A stretch of DNA of 64,000 nt from a virus: the IMG/VR virus record IMGVR_UViG_3300031603_000001, positions 133,959 to 197,958 of that record. One strand, 5' to 3'. The notes beneath the pieces are model-generated. The model saw only the letters and a list, made by a program, of their open reading frames with translations, had not been told where the DNA came from and searched no databases. This document shows positions 35,418 through 44,499 of the stretch, one piece after another. Numbering within the stretch: position 1 is the stretch's first letter; the number at the start of each line of letters is the position of its first letter. The position numbers and the translations under genes are program-made.

Positions 35418-36490
35418 TTTACTTGGTCGGTTACTTGGTCGGTTACTTGTACAGGAGATCTCATATATATATATAATAAATAAACAGGCTTATATAGGCG
35501 CAACTACCTATCAAAATGCCTTCTATCCGGAAAGGTTGGGTAGTTTCCGGGCAACTTAGGTACTATCATGGACACTGTCATGGACACTGTGTCTATGTAA
35601 ACGGCCAAAATCCGGCCAATCCGGCCAACATGGACAGGTTGTCCAAGCTGTATTATAGGGGCCATAAAGTTTAATATAGGGGACCTTATCGTCCATATTA
35701 AAGGTTAATGGATAGTATAAGGACCACTATACTGTACGTTAAATAGGGATAACGTTCAGGATACCATATGTTACTTTAGAGGCTTAAAGTACAATATAGT
35801 ATTCCTTATGTTACTTTAGAGTAGTTATGAGACAGTACTGTACCCACTATATTGTGTGTTGAATGCCTTATTTAGTGTGATTCAGGGATATAGAACATGT
35901 CCATGCCATCGACATGACACAAAAACATGTATATATTTGTGTCAGAAATCGACACGTTCTCTCTAATAATTCTATACTAAAGGCAGACAATCGCAATATA
36001 CCCTGGTTATCCAGATATGTATCAACACTTCTGATACACATACCCTTGTGTCAGGAATACTGACACCTGACGTGTCGTCATATGGAGAATTCAGCGACTC
36101 GTTCTCTGTACATGTCGTCACCAGCGACTCGTTAATGCATCAACTAATAACAATCGCACAGCGCCAAGTAATAAGAATTGCACAGGATGCCGTTTAACAC
36201 CCTCTTGTGCAAACTAAATAACACAAACATGGAGATAATATATTACCGTTAGTACAGTAAAGTGGAGATAAATGGTAGATATTTTATCCTAAGTTGCGGG
36301 ATAGGGATAATATTTTACCGTAAGAGCAGTAATCCGCAGTCTACTCCGCAGATTTGCGGGATAAGTAAAAGACATACTAAAGGACAATCTGTCTTATAGC
36401 GACATTTATAGCGACACAATGTCGCGTAAAGGACACAGCAGTTGTGCACTATCCTATGTAATGCACAATATTTAGCACGGAATGTGCACA
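35418..36490. repeat. non-coding tract of successive short-word repeat clusters at the strand switch
   Basis: TTACTTGGTCGG x2.5, ATGGACACTGT x2, TCCGGCCAA x2, TATGTTACTTTAGAG x2, CAGCGACTCGTT x2, GCGGGATA x2, TAGCGACA x2, TGTGCAC x2. Confidence 0.8.
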
Positions 36491-36654
36491 GGAGACAATC
36501 AACAGTATGCGCCGACAGAGCTATTCAAGTATATAGTAAGGAGAGAGTAGGGGAAGAAGAATACACAAGGCAATACGACTTGAATCCCTTATAGAGTAAC
36601 AGTCTACTAGGCAATCTGATATCGCGCTGGGTTGTCTCTTAGTATTGGGGGTTA

Positions 36655-37070
36655 GTTAAAGATAGCATACCTGGCCCTTACCGTCACTACTACAGGACTG
36701 ATATCTTGAGAAGATATAGTATAAACCACTAAGCTAGGGTTGTAGTAGAACAGTAAGCTTACATCTGGGCCATGCGAGAAGATGTAAAGAGAGTAGCAAT
36801 GTGACATGCCGTCACGCCCCGGGTTAGGAGGACTTGTATTATCATGCACTTCCGACGCCCTTTGCAGGGGATGACTGAAGATCCTCTGAGTCTGCAATAA
36901 GCAAATTTCTCGTATTGGGATCTGACGATTATCCAGGGCCTTACACCGAACAACCACGCCGTACTTGTAGCACTCTCGTTCAAATAGCTGAAGGATCCAC
37001 ACTCGCTCGATGGCCGGGGACCCATAGGTACGTAATGGTATGTCATAGAGCTGTATACTGACTTAAGAAG
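36655..37070 (+). ncRNA. candidate ~410-nt multibranched structured RNA
   Basis: no credible ORF; nested 5-8 bp stems and end-to-end pairing (see findings). Confidence 0.35.
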
Positions 37071-37166
37071 AAGTAAGAATTACCGGAAAAGGCGAATTCC
37101 AGAAGGGGTTATGAGAATGAGGGAATAAGTAGGGGAATAATAGAGGGAATAAAGAGAGACATAACA

Positions 37167-37574
37167 ATGGATAGAAAGAGGAGAATCCATATGTGGAATG
37201 ATTATTTACCGACAATTCGTTTTCGTAAGACAGTAGAGCAGGCTGAGGCAGACCTAGACTTCCAGAAGAGCCGGGTGGCTGAATTAAGAGATTTGCGTTT
37301 GCTGGACAAACGTAATATTGCTGCGTTGGCAGAGCAGGTGATTATAAGTGAATTAGAGTGGGGGAGAGGGAATGTGATTACACACACGACGTCAAATGTA
37401 CCGTTGACTGCTAGGACGTTTTTACTTAGCCCTACGGGAGTAATTTTGGTGAAGTGTGAGATGTTGCATGCTGATATAAATGGTATCGAGAAGAGGTACA
37501 TAACGTACCCAGCATTAGAGATGATAGATGTGGCGGAGATGCCGCCAGAGGTTGTAGGAGTTGAAGATGACTAA
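37167..37574 (+). CDS. hypothetical protein, first gene of the rightward arm
   Basis: 135-aa ORF. Confidence 0.7.
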   Translation: MDRKRRIHMWNDYLPTIRFRKTVEQAEADLDFQKSRVAELRDLRLLDKRNIAALAEQVIISELEWGRGNVITHTTSNVPLTARTFLLSPTGVILVKCEMLHADINGIEKRYITYPALEMIDVAEMPPEVVGVEDD

Positions 37575-38007
37575 TACTTTAGCAGACGCCGCGTACCAAG
37601 TACACAAGGCCGAACTATTCAATGTGTTCGGTCATGGCTACTTTAAGATATTATCCGAGGGGATGCCGTTCTTCGCATACCGCCCGGAGACGCCAGAGGG
37701 CAAAGAGCCTGAGTGGCACGTGATGACGAGCTCCACTACTGTAGAGATCTTCACCACTGCGGAGTTGGCGGACCTGGAGGTAGTAGCACCTTATCCCCTC
37801 GACGCGCTGTATGTGCTTCAACATTCCGCAGATGATCCGCCTGAGACACTAGAGGCCAGGCACGATTGCCCAGTGGTGTGCCCTGGTTGTTTCACCCATA
37901 TGAGTGACGGTGCTGGCGGCAACCTGTACTGTGCCCATGAGACGTGTAAGCATTATAAGAAGAGATTTAAGCGCCCTAAAGTGACGCTTACGAGAATTCC
38001 TGATTAG
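37567..38007 (+). CDS. hypothetical protein with C-terminal zinc ribbon
   Basis: CPGC...YCAHETC. Confidence 0.7.
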   Translation: MTNTLADAAYQVHKAELFNVFGHGYFKILSEGMPFFAYRPETPEGKEPEWHVMTSSTTVEIFTTAELADLEVVAPYPLDALYVLQHSADDPPETLEARHDCPVVCPGCFTHMSDGAGGNLYCAHETCKHYKKRFKRPKVTLTRIPD

Positions 38008-38062
38008 GAATAGAACAAGCATACCAACGTACTAACTAACTAACTAACGAAAGGAACTAAGT

Positions 38063-38587
38063 ATGCACTTAATAAACAATGGAGGCAACTCCGCGATATC
38101 GTTTAACTCACAAGGACCAGGCGTACTGGGAGCTGTGAGTTGCAACTACATGAGAACAGGGGACTTCACGGAACCTTTGAAGAGTGCGGAGTTTACTACA
38201 TATCCGCCTCTTGACCTAAATGTACCGTACACCGTGCCGGAGCCGTACGTATATCCCTACACTCCACCTACTTGGTGGGGCGGGGCAGGCGGTACAGGAG
38301 TGACGCCTGGGACTATGGACGACAGTAAACCAGAACCACTGACTTTCGAAGACATTAGGATTGCTCCTAGTGTTAAGCTTCACTTTGATGATATCAGTAC
38401 AGAAGACTACAGGACGTACCATTATGCTGACGGCTCTACCGTTACGTACCTGGACCCTGTAGCTCTTGCGATCACGAAGGGTGGCCACCGTCTTATCACA
38501 GCAGACGGGGAGTGTCATTATATTCTCACTACCTGGCAACGTATCAGTTGGAAGGTACCTGGAGAAGAATTCCACTTCGTCAAGTAA
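38063..38587 (+). CDS. phage hypothetical protein
   Basis: C-terminal FDDISTEDYRTYHY...GGHRLI...HYI...W.ISW; Pro/Tyr-rich N-part. Confidence 0.7.
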   Translation: MHLINNGGNSAISFNSQGPGVLGAVSCNYMRTGDFTEPLKSAEFTTYPPLDLNVPYTVPEPYVYPYTPPTWWGGAGGTGVTPGTMDDSKPEPLTFEDIRIAPSVKLHFDDISTEDYRTYHYADGSTVTYLDPVALAITKGGHRLITADGECHYILTTWQRISWKVPGEEFHFVK

Positions 38588-38657
38588 ACTAGTACGGCAG
38601 CGGGGCACTCACCTCGCTGCCATACCATATAGTAATAATTAACATGAGGAAAGAAAC

Positions 38658-39227
38658 ATGCCAGGAACAAAACCAGCAGCCAAGAAAAAGACTGCACCAA
38701 AGAAATCAGTAGCGACTAAAGTAGAAACCAAGGTAGAACCCGTAGTTGAGGCTGTAGTAGAACCAGTAATCGAGGAAGTGGCTGCAGAGCCAGTAATCGA
38801 ACCAGTAGTAGAAGTAACTCCAGCAGCGGAAGCCGCTCCTATTGAGGAATTGAAACCATTGGAAATGCCTGCGTTTGAAATGACCGAAGAGATCAGCGAA
38901 AAGATCAAAGGGTTCATCGCAGACGCGGTGTACAAAACTGATGAGAACATCAAAGCTACCGTAGATGCAGCTATTGAGAACTTGCCTATTGATATGGGTA
39001 AGAAGGAAAAGCCTTCCCAGGAAGTAAGCTTAACCGCCGATAGTAACCTACAGAACTTTAAGTTCATCATGGCAGAAGGCGCACCGGAGTCGTCAGACTT
39101 TATGGTAGCAATCTTCGGCCTACTGAACGCTTCTATCCTGTTACCAAAGGGCGAAGACACAGATATTGCTATCTGGAAATTCAATGAAAAATGGCTAGCT
39201 CACGCTAAGCTGGTACCAGCAGAGTAA
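38658..39227 (+). CDS. acidic low-complexity protein
   Basis: Lys-rich start then (V/I)EPV repeats. Confidence 0.75.
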   Translation: MPGTKPAAKKKTAPKKSVATKVETKVEPVVEAVVEPVIEEVAAEPVIEPVVEVTPAAEAAPIEELKPLEMPAFEMTEEISEKIKGFIADAVYKTDENIKATVDAAIENLPIDMGKKEKPSQEVSLTADSNLQNFKFIMAEGAPESSDFMVAIFGLLNASILLPKGEDTDIAIWKFNEKWLAHAKLVPAE

Positions 39228-39230
39228 GCA

Positions 39231-39554
39231 ATGAATCCAAGTCCATATGATTGCCCGACTCAAGACCGGATTACCAAGGTATATAACAACATCACTGGTT
39301 TGAATAAAACCTTTGGTGAAATCTGGAAGCAGATGTACCGTGGCGCATTCGAATCTCGAACCGGGCATTGGGTTTCTCCTCCACTATTTGATTACATCCC
39401 TGAGTGGTTCTATGAGCAGTTTGACATTGCTATGACTGCTGCTAATAGACGAGAGTTCGCACCGGATATCGTGCATTTCGAGACGGAATCTTTGGCTGTC
39501 AATAACCTTCGGGACAAGTATGACGGAGATGTAGTCTTCGGCACACCTGTCTGA
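39231..39554 (+). CDS. hypothetical protein
   Basis: 107-aa ORF. Confidence 0.7.
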   Translation: MNPSPYDCPTQDRITKVYNNITGLNKTFGEIWKQMYRGAFESRTGHWVSPPLFDYIPEWFYEQFDIAMTAANRREFAPDIVHFETESLAVNNLRDKYDGDVVFGTPV

Positions 39555-39582
39555 TAAGATCACCGGCTAAGGCTTGACCACG

Positions 39583-39652
39583 GTCTACAGACAGGAGCCC
39601 TTTGGTGGGGCAGCACATAGCTGAGGTTCGAATCCAGACCCAGTCTGTAGAC
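39583..39652 (+). ncRNA. tRNA-like fold with 10-bp closing stem and stunted anticodon arm
   Basis: GTCTACAGAC/GTCTGTAGAC perfect stem enclosing GCCC-TTTGGTG-GGGC, AGC-ACATA-GCT and GGTTCGAATCC. Confidence 0.55.
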
Positions 39653-39672
39653 GGCCAGAAGGTAATATCATC

Positions 39673-39885
39673 ATGAAAATAATATGGGTATTAGAAAGAT
39701 TTGATTCACCAATGGGGTATGTTGGTGTATTCGCAGTAGTGGGCAAGGACGCGCCGGTATATGGGCACGTACCTAATTGGTCTAGTTACGTAAAACGATT
39801 TGATTCAGAAGAAGATGCCCTTAAGTTTGGGCACAGGCACGATTTCATAGAGCAGAATTACATTCCTATGGAGCATCAGGAGTAG
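39673..39885 (+). CDS. hypothetical protein
   Basis: 70-aa ORF. Confidence 0.6.
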   Translation: MKIIWVLERFDSPMGYVGVFAVVGKDAPVYGHVPNWSSYVKRFDSEEDALKFGHRHDFIEQNYIPMEHQE

Positions 39886-39909
39886 GAGGCCTGACATAAC
39901 AATATTTGT

Positions 39910-40149
39910 ATGAGGAAAACCACTAAAACAACGACACCCAAATGGCCCATGAGAGTATTGACTATACTTCTTTTAGCCGTACAAGGGTTTTCCACCAAGA
40001 CACTACTCTTGATTGGGAAAATGAATATCGCATTACACGGCACACCGATTGGACCATATTTCTTTATGGGACTAGGGGCAGTGTCCTTATGGTTCGCTGT
40101 GTTTATGTTATTGATTTACATGTACGTCAATCGTGAAATCCTACTTTAA
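39910..40149 (+). CDS. small membrane protein
   Basis: two TM helices. Confidence 0.65.
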   Translation: MRKTTKTTTPKWPMRVLTILLLAVQGFSTKTLLLIGKMNIALHGTPIGPYFFMGLGAVSLWFAVFMLLIYMYVNREILL

Positions 40150-40200
40150 TACTTACTTGACTATGAGTATTAATATCTACGTTACAGCAGGAGAGAATAA

Positions 40201-41100
40201 GTGAGTACACCAGAATTTGCATTACCAAAGGGGTATCTAAGTATATCCCAAATTGAGACCTACATGAAGTGCGGTCTTCAATATTATTACAGATATATCC
40301 AAGGCAAGATGACCCCACCCGGGATCGCATTAGTGACCGGGAGCTCAGGCCACGCAGCGTTGGAGATGAACTTTACCCACAAAGCTAAGACCATGGAAGA
40401 TGCCCCAGTGGCAGACGTGCTTGATGCGTTTAGCGACAGCTATGACCAAAAGGTTATAGAAGTAGAGCACATGAATAAGGTAGCTAAGGGTAAGGAGAAA
40501 GATCGTACAACTAAACTTATTGAAGTACATCAAGAGATAATGGCACCGAGCCTTATGCCTATGGATCAGTCCTCAGTGGAGGGGGAGATTCGTATGGATA
40601 TAGGCGGGGTACCTATGCTTGGGTACTATGATTTAGAAACACCTACAGCATTAATTGACCACAAGTTTGTGGGCAAAGCCAAGGGAACGAATGAGGCTAA
40701 TGACAGCTTACAGCTTACATTCTATAGTAAGGCTAAGGGAAAACCCGACGTAGCCTTCAATTGTTTAATTAAACAGAAAGAAAGCAAGACAACGCACAAG
40801 TGGAGTGATCCACGAGTTGTCATGGTGACTGGCCGTACACGGACTGAAGCTGATTACAAATGGCTTGAGAGTGTGGTACGTTTTGTTGCAGCAGCTATCT
40901 CAGCAGGAGTATTTGTTCCTGCACCGCCTGACCATTGGGCATGTACTAAACGCTTTTGCGGGTACTACGACCAGTGTAGAGGTTCGGGAAAAGACGTTTC
41001 CCCTACCATCATCGCGTTGGGACAGAGCAGAGCTGACAGCAGAGCTAAGAAAGAAAAGATTGCAGAGAAACCAACTGCAGTATTCGAAATGGGCCTATAG
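40201..41100 (+). CDS. PD-(D/E)XK RecB/Cas4-like exonuclease with 4-Cys cluster
   Basis: LSISQIETYMKC, GSSGHAALE, VEGE, GYYDL...IDHK, QLTFY, WACTKRFCGYYDQC. Confidence 0.88.
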   Translation: MSTPEFALPKGYLSISQIETYMKCGLQYYYRYIQGKMTPPGIALVTGSSGHAALEMNFTHKAKTMEDAPVADVLDAFSDSYDQKVIEVEHMNKVAKGKEKDRTTKLIEVHQEIMAPSLMPMDQSSVEGEIRMDIGGVPMLGYYDLETPTALIDHKFVGKAKGTNEANDSLQLTFYSKAKGKPDVAFNCLIKQKESKTTHKWSDPRVVMVTGRTRTEADYKWLESVVRFVAAAISAGVFVPAPPDHWACTKRFCGYYDQCRGSGKDVSPTIIALGQSRADSRAKKEKIAEKPTAVFEMGL

Positions 41101-41111
41101 AGGAGAATCAA

Positions 41112-42269
41112 ATGCGCATTAGATATAACTACCCACAGGGTAACAACGAATTAGAATTAGTAGCATTAGGCTACATTACTATGCTTACCAACGCAGGACA
41201 CATAGCTGTGATAGCTCCTATGTCTTTGCTGGTTGTACAGCAAAATATCCCGTCCAGTAATTTGGACGCAATCAACCCAGAGGAACCAAACTGGGATTTA
41301 GTAATTGACCATATTCAATATCCCTTAGTACCGGAACTTGATGAACATGCTCCTACAGTATTTGTATCAGCGTGGTTAGCCGACAAGATCCCAGAGTATT
41401 GGACAGAAACATTGCAGAAATCTGCTGGTGTAATTGTGCCAAGTATACTAATGGTAGAGCCATTCGAAGCAATCGAAGGTCTCACAGTGACTGTAGCTAT
41501 GCTACCGCCCTTCCCTGGTTCAGACACACGTCCTGCTACGAAGCTGCCGGAACCTCTTAAAGAGAAGAATTATCTTATGGCCTTGTGTTCAGGCCACTTC
41601 ATGGATCACATAGAGGGTATCGTAATTGATTATTATCAGATGCCTATAGCAGAGAATGGCGTTTTAGTTATTAGCGTAGACAACCCCCTAGCAGGGTACG
41701 AAGGCTCCGCCATGTCTGCGATAAGCAGTGCAAAGAAAGCTGCTAATTATCGTAGCACTAAGTATCCTCCTATTCTACTTCTAGATGGTACAGAAGATCC
41801 AGAAATGCGTAAGGCAATCTCAGGCAATGCCCGAGGTCTTATAGCGCTTTCGCAGAATGATCCGTGGGCACTGGGTATCCACACGGCGTTAGCTGCAGGA
41901 GTACCTGTTATTACCACAGGACAGAAGCAAGGTTTTTGTGATGAATTGATTGTGCTACCGGTTGTAGACACACCACCATCCTTTGACGCACCTGAGTATG
42001 GCATAGATTCTTCAATGAAGATGCCGTCACACAACTCTGCAGCCTTATCAGTTATGATGGCGAACCTACTCACAGATGATGTGGAGTACGAACGCTACAA
42101 GAATAAGTCTGAAGCAGCCCATGAGTGGTTGGACTCCCAAGTTGAGGAGACCACCGCGAGGCTCACTGAATGGTTTACGGAGGTATACGATGAAGCGCAC
42201 ACGGAGGACGAACCGGAAGTGGGACGAGTTCCTAGTGATCTCGACGATACGCAATCTATTACAAGTTGA
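41112..42269 (+). CDS. GT-B (GT4-like) glycosyltransferase homologue, degenerate
   Basis: WLADKIPEYW, IVPS, ALSQNDPWALGIHTALAAGVPVIT (usual ExFG/EA acidic residues replaced). Confidence 0.6.
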   Translation: MRIRYNYPQGNNELELVALGYITMLTNAGHIAVIAPMSLLVVQQNIPSSNLDAINPEEPNWDLVIDHIQYPLVPELDEHAPTVFVSAWLADKIPEYWTETLQKSAGVIVPSILMVEPFEAIEGLTVTVAMLPPFPGSDTRPATKLPEPLKEKNYLMALCSGHFMDHIEGIVIDYYQMPIAENGVLVISVDNPLAGYEGSAMSAISSAKKAANYRSTKYPPILLLDGTEDPEMRKAISGNARGLIALSQNDPWALGIHTALAAGVPVITTGQKQGFCDELIVLPVVDTPPSFDAPEYGIDSSMKMPSHNSAALSVMMANLLTDDVEYERYKNKSEAAHEWLDSQVEETTARLTEWFTEVYDEAHTEDEPEVGRVPSDLDDTQSITS

Positions 42270-42405
42270 TTATGCCTATGTTCGTGAACATGATGAGTCT
42301 CTTTACAAAGCCGGAAAGAAGTTCTTTGGCTCTTGGGAAGCGGCTGTTGTGGCCAGCGGACGAGAGTACAAGCCCTTAAGGGGGCGTAGCTCAAAACAAG
42401 TTTAG
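42190..42405 (+). CDS. single homing-endonuclease-associated repeat protein
   Basis: GGAGG RBS; LYKAGKKFFGSWEAAVVASG signature; overlaps GT 3' end by 80 nt. Confidence 0.55.
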   Translation: MKRTRRTNRKWDEFLVISTIRNLLQVDYAYVREHDESLYKAGKKFFGSWEAAVVASGREYKPLRGRSSKQV

Positions 42406-42450
42406 TCTCTCACCTGCGGACATCTCCCAGATGTCCCCCGAATAGTCAAG

Positions 42451-42477
42451 CCCAGGGTACTCCTCCCCTGGGTTTTC
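42451..42477 (+). terminator. intrinsic terminator
   Basis: CCCAGGG-TACTCCTC-CCCTGGG-TTTTC. Confidence 0.7.
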
Positions 42478-42509
42478 GGTATTATAAAGATGACATAACA
42501 GTAAGTGAT

Positions 42510-42899
42510 ATGATAAGAATAAAACACCATAATGGTACTAACGGAAATCACCGCAGCGTAGAAGTTACGCACTTCCCTGAGGTAGATCGTACTAGCTTCC
42601 TGTATAAATTACTCACAACGTTTCGTCAACAGAACGACATAGAGACAGAAATACGTTGGGCATCACATTTCTCCATGGAACTAAACTCGCCAGAGGATGT
42701 TCCGTATGGCGTCCGCTCTTACATCAGGCGGCGCCCTAGTCTGCACCTGACGGTGCCGGCTATAAGCATAAGGCGTAGTAGCCAGAGTGATATAGATGAC
42801 TTGGACTGGGAGGACTTAATACAATTATCAAGACCCCAAAGCGAGATCGCATTAGTAGAACTCATTGAAGAATACATAGCCGAAGGGGAGCTTGACTAA
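42510..42899 (+). CDS. hypothetical protein
   Basis: 129-aa ORF. Confidence 0.65.
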   Translation: MIRIKHHNGTNGNHRSVEVTHFPEVDRTSFLYKLLTTFRQQNDIETEIRWASHFSMELNSPEDVPYGVRSYIRRRPSLHLTVPAISIRRSSQSDIDDLDWEDLIQLSRPQSEIALVELIEEYIAEGELD

Positions 42900-44191
42900 T
42901 GGCTCAAGAGAAACAAGCAGTACTAGAGTCTATACTCAGTGTAAAGTATATACGCCGAGATATAAAAGGTGATGCAAATGCACCTAGACTCACCTCTAAA
43001 GAGAAGGCCGATCGTACAGCATATGAGCGCAGTACCGCCGAAGCCTTAGCCAAGGTGCACTTAGCACGGATGCTGTCTCTCAAGAGAACACGTGATGCTA
43101 TACGTAAAGCTTTGGATGAAAACCTAGCAGACTTTAAGGTCACATTGGCGGTGGATAAATACCCACAACTGTCCCGTGCGTTAAGACGGTTGTCAGATGG
43201 GGCCACTGCTTCTGATATAACCTGGCCGTTGATTAGGCGAGCTTACGCACTACACCGTAACGCACCTGGGATAAGCCTAGGCTTTGATCCTGTTGCGGCA
43301 CTCTACGGGGAGATAGGGCCTGACGGTGAGTACATGATTACTCCTAATGACCCTATTCCCAGCGATGCCACTTGTGACGAGATAGCAGAAGGCCCTGCCG
43401 TTACCGCTTCCCGCAGTACCGGGGATTCAGACTCTGACGAAGAAGGCGCAGACTTCCCTGTTGCACCAGGACAGGCCTCTGTTGAGGCAATAGAATCAGT
43501 ACTAGATCTGCAGACAAATGGTATATTCTGGCAGATAATACTAACCTTCTTTTACGTCATGGCTGAGATGTTCTTTAACACATTAGCCACCTTCTTCAAT
43601 ACGTACAGAAACCTACCTATAGTTAAGAAACTTATACGTAAGATAGTTAAAGCTCTGGAAGCTTTAGCTGCATATTTTAGGTGTATGTACCAGTCAGTAG
43701 GAGTGCCCGATGCACACGCAGGCTGTGTCAGCTCTGTGACGGAGGAATATTATCCTGAAGATGAGTTTGACGATGATGGTGAGAAGATGATAGATGCCGC
43801 TGCAGACGGCGGAGATCTTGGTACACTAGCAGGGGCGTTGAGCGACGTTATACATTCTAATAATCAGCTTGATTGTATGCAGGCCGCACAGGCCTTACTG
43901 CAGTTCACAAAATCACGTAGCGCACTAGGAGGGCAGATCGTTGATGGCCCTAACTGGGACGCAGTTTTAATGGGGCTAGTCATGGAGTACAGTGATGATG
44001 TTTTTGCTAACACATCCCAAGCCTTGCTTGACATGGGAGACTTTGGTGACCCAACAGATCCACTAAATGATGACATAACAGTAAGTGATGCAACAATAGA
44101 ACTTACAGAAGATAACAAACGAAAGCCTCTTTACAGAGTGCGATACCACGGAAGTAGTAGGAACAGATGGAAACAATTGACCCAAAAATAG
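42899..44191 (+). CDS. acidic hypothetical protein with hydrophobic helix
   Basis: 430-aa ORF. Confidence 0.75.
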   Translation: MAQEKQAVLESILSVKYIRRDIKGDANAPRLTSKEKADRTAYERSTAEALAKVHLARMLSLKRTRDAIRKALDENLADFKVTLAVDKYPQLSRALRRLSDGATASDITWPLIRRAYALHRNAPGISLGFDPVAALYGEIGPDGEYMITPNDPIPSDATCDEIAEGPAVTASRSTGDSDSDEEGADFPVAPGQASVEAIESVLDLQTNGIFWQIILTFFYVMAEMFFNTLATFFNTYRNLPIVKKLIRKIVKALEALAAYFRCMYQSVGVPDAHAGCVSSVTEEYYPEDEFDDDGEKMIDAAADGGDLGTLAGALSDVIHSNNQLDCMQAAQALLQFTKSRSALGGQIVDGPNWDAVLMGLVMEYSDDVFANTSQALLDMGDFGDPTDPLNDDITVSDATIELTEDNKRKPLYRVRYHGSSRNRWKQLTQK

Positions 44192-44499
44192 CAGTACAAC
44201 TTAAAGGCGACACTGACGGAGACGTACATAACGTACTTGAAGTGTTTGACACAGTTGAGCCTATGCCGGCTGAGTATGTAACCTTTCCTCCGGTTACCGC
44301 AGACGAGTTACCTTGGCTGCTCTCTGAGAACGAGGAATTCGAAGGAGCTTATTCGGCGGAGTATAATGAGCAGAAATATCACATCAATTGTCCTTGCGGG
44401 CAATCGGTAGAGGTATACGTAAGTGATAGTTGCAAACATTGCGGAAGAGTATTTACACTCGAAACCAGAGTGTTTGTAAACTGGAAAGCACAACAATGA
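44167..44499 (+). CDS. hypothetical protein with zinc ribbon
   Basis: CPCG...CKHCG. Confidence 0.7.
   Translation: METIDPKIAVQLKGDTDGDVHNVLEVFDTVEPMPAEYVTFPPVTADELPWLLSENEEFEGAYSAEYNEQKYHINCPCGQSVEVYVSDSCKHCGRVFTLETRVFVNWKAQQ

Noticed and set aside
35219-35503. 94-aa minus-strand ORF with VTDQVTDQV
   Set aside because: No RBS, overlaps the HNH fragment antisense, and the repeat is explained by the DNA word cluster
35418-36490. CRISPR array
   Set aside because: No constant repeat with regular spacers; words change every ~100 bp; no cas operon (the Cas4-like gene at 40201 is a solo phage nuclease)
36695-36725. Group I intron S element (AAGATATAGT)
   Set aside because: It pairs locally in a simple hairpin; no P3-P8 core or interrupted gene is evident
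39583-39652. Bacterial Y RNA (YrlA)
   Set aside because: YrlA has the T-arm before the D-arm and lies near a Ro60 gene; here the order is D then T and no Ro60 is in the window
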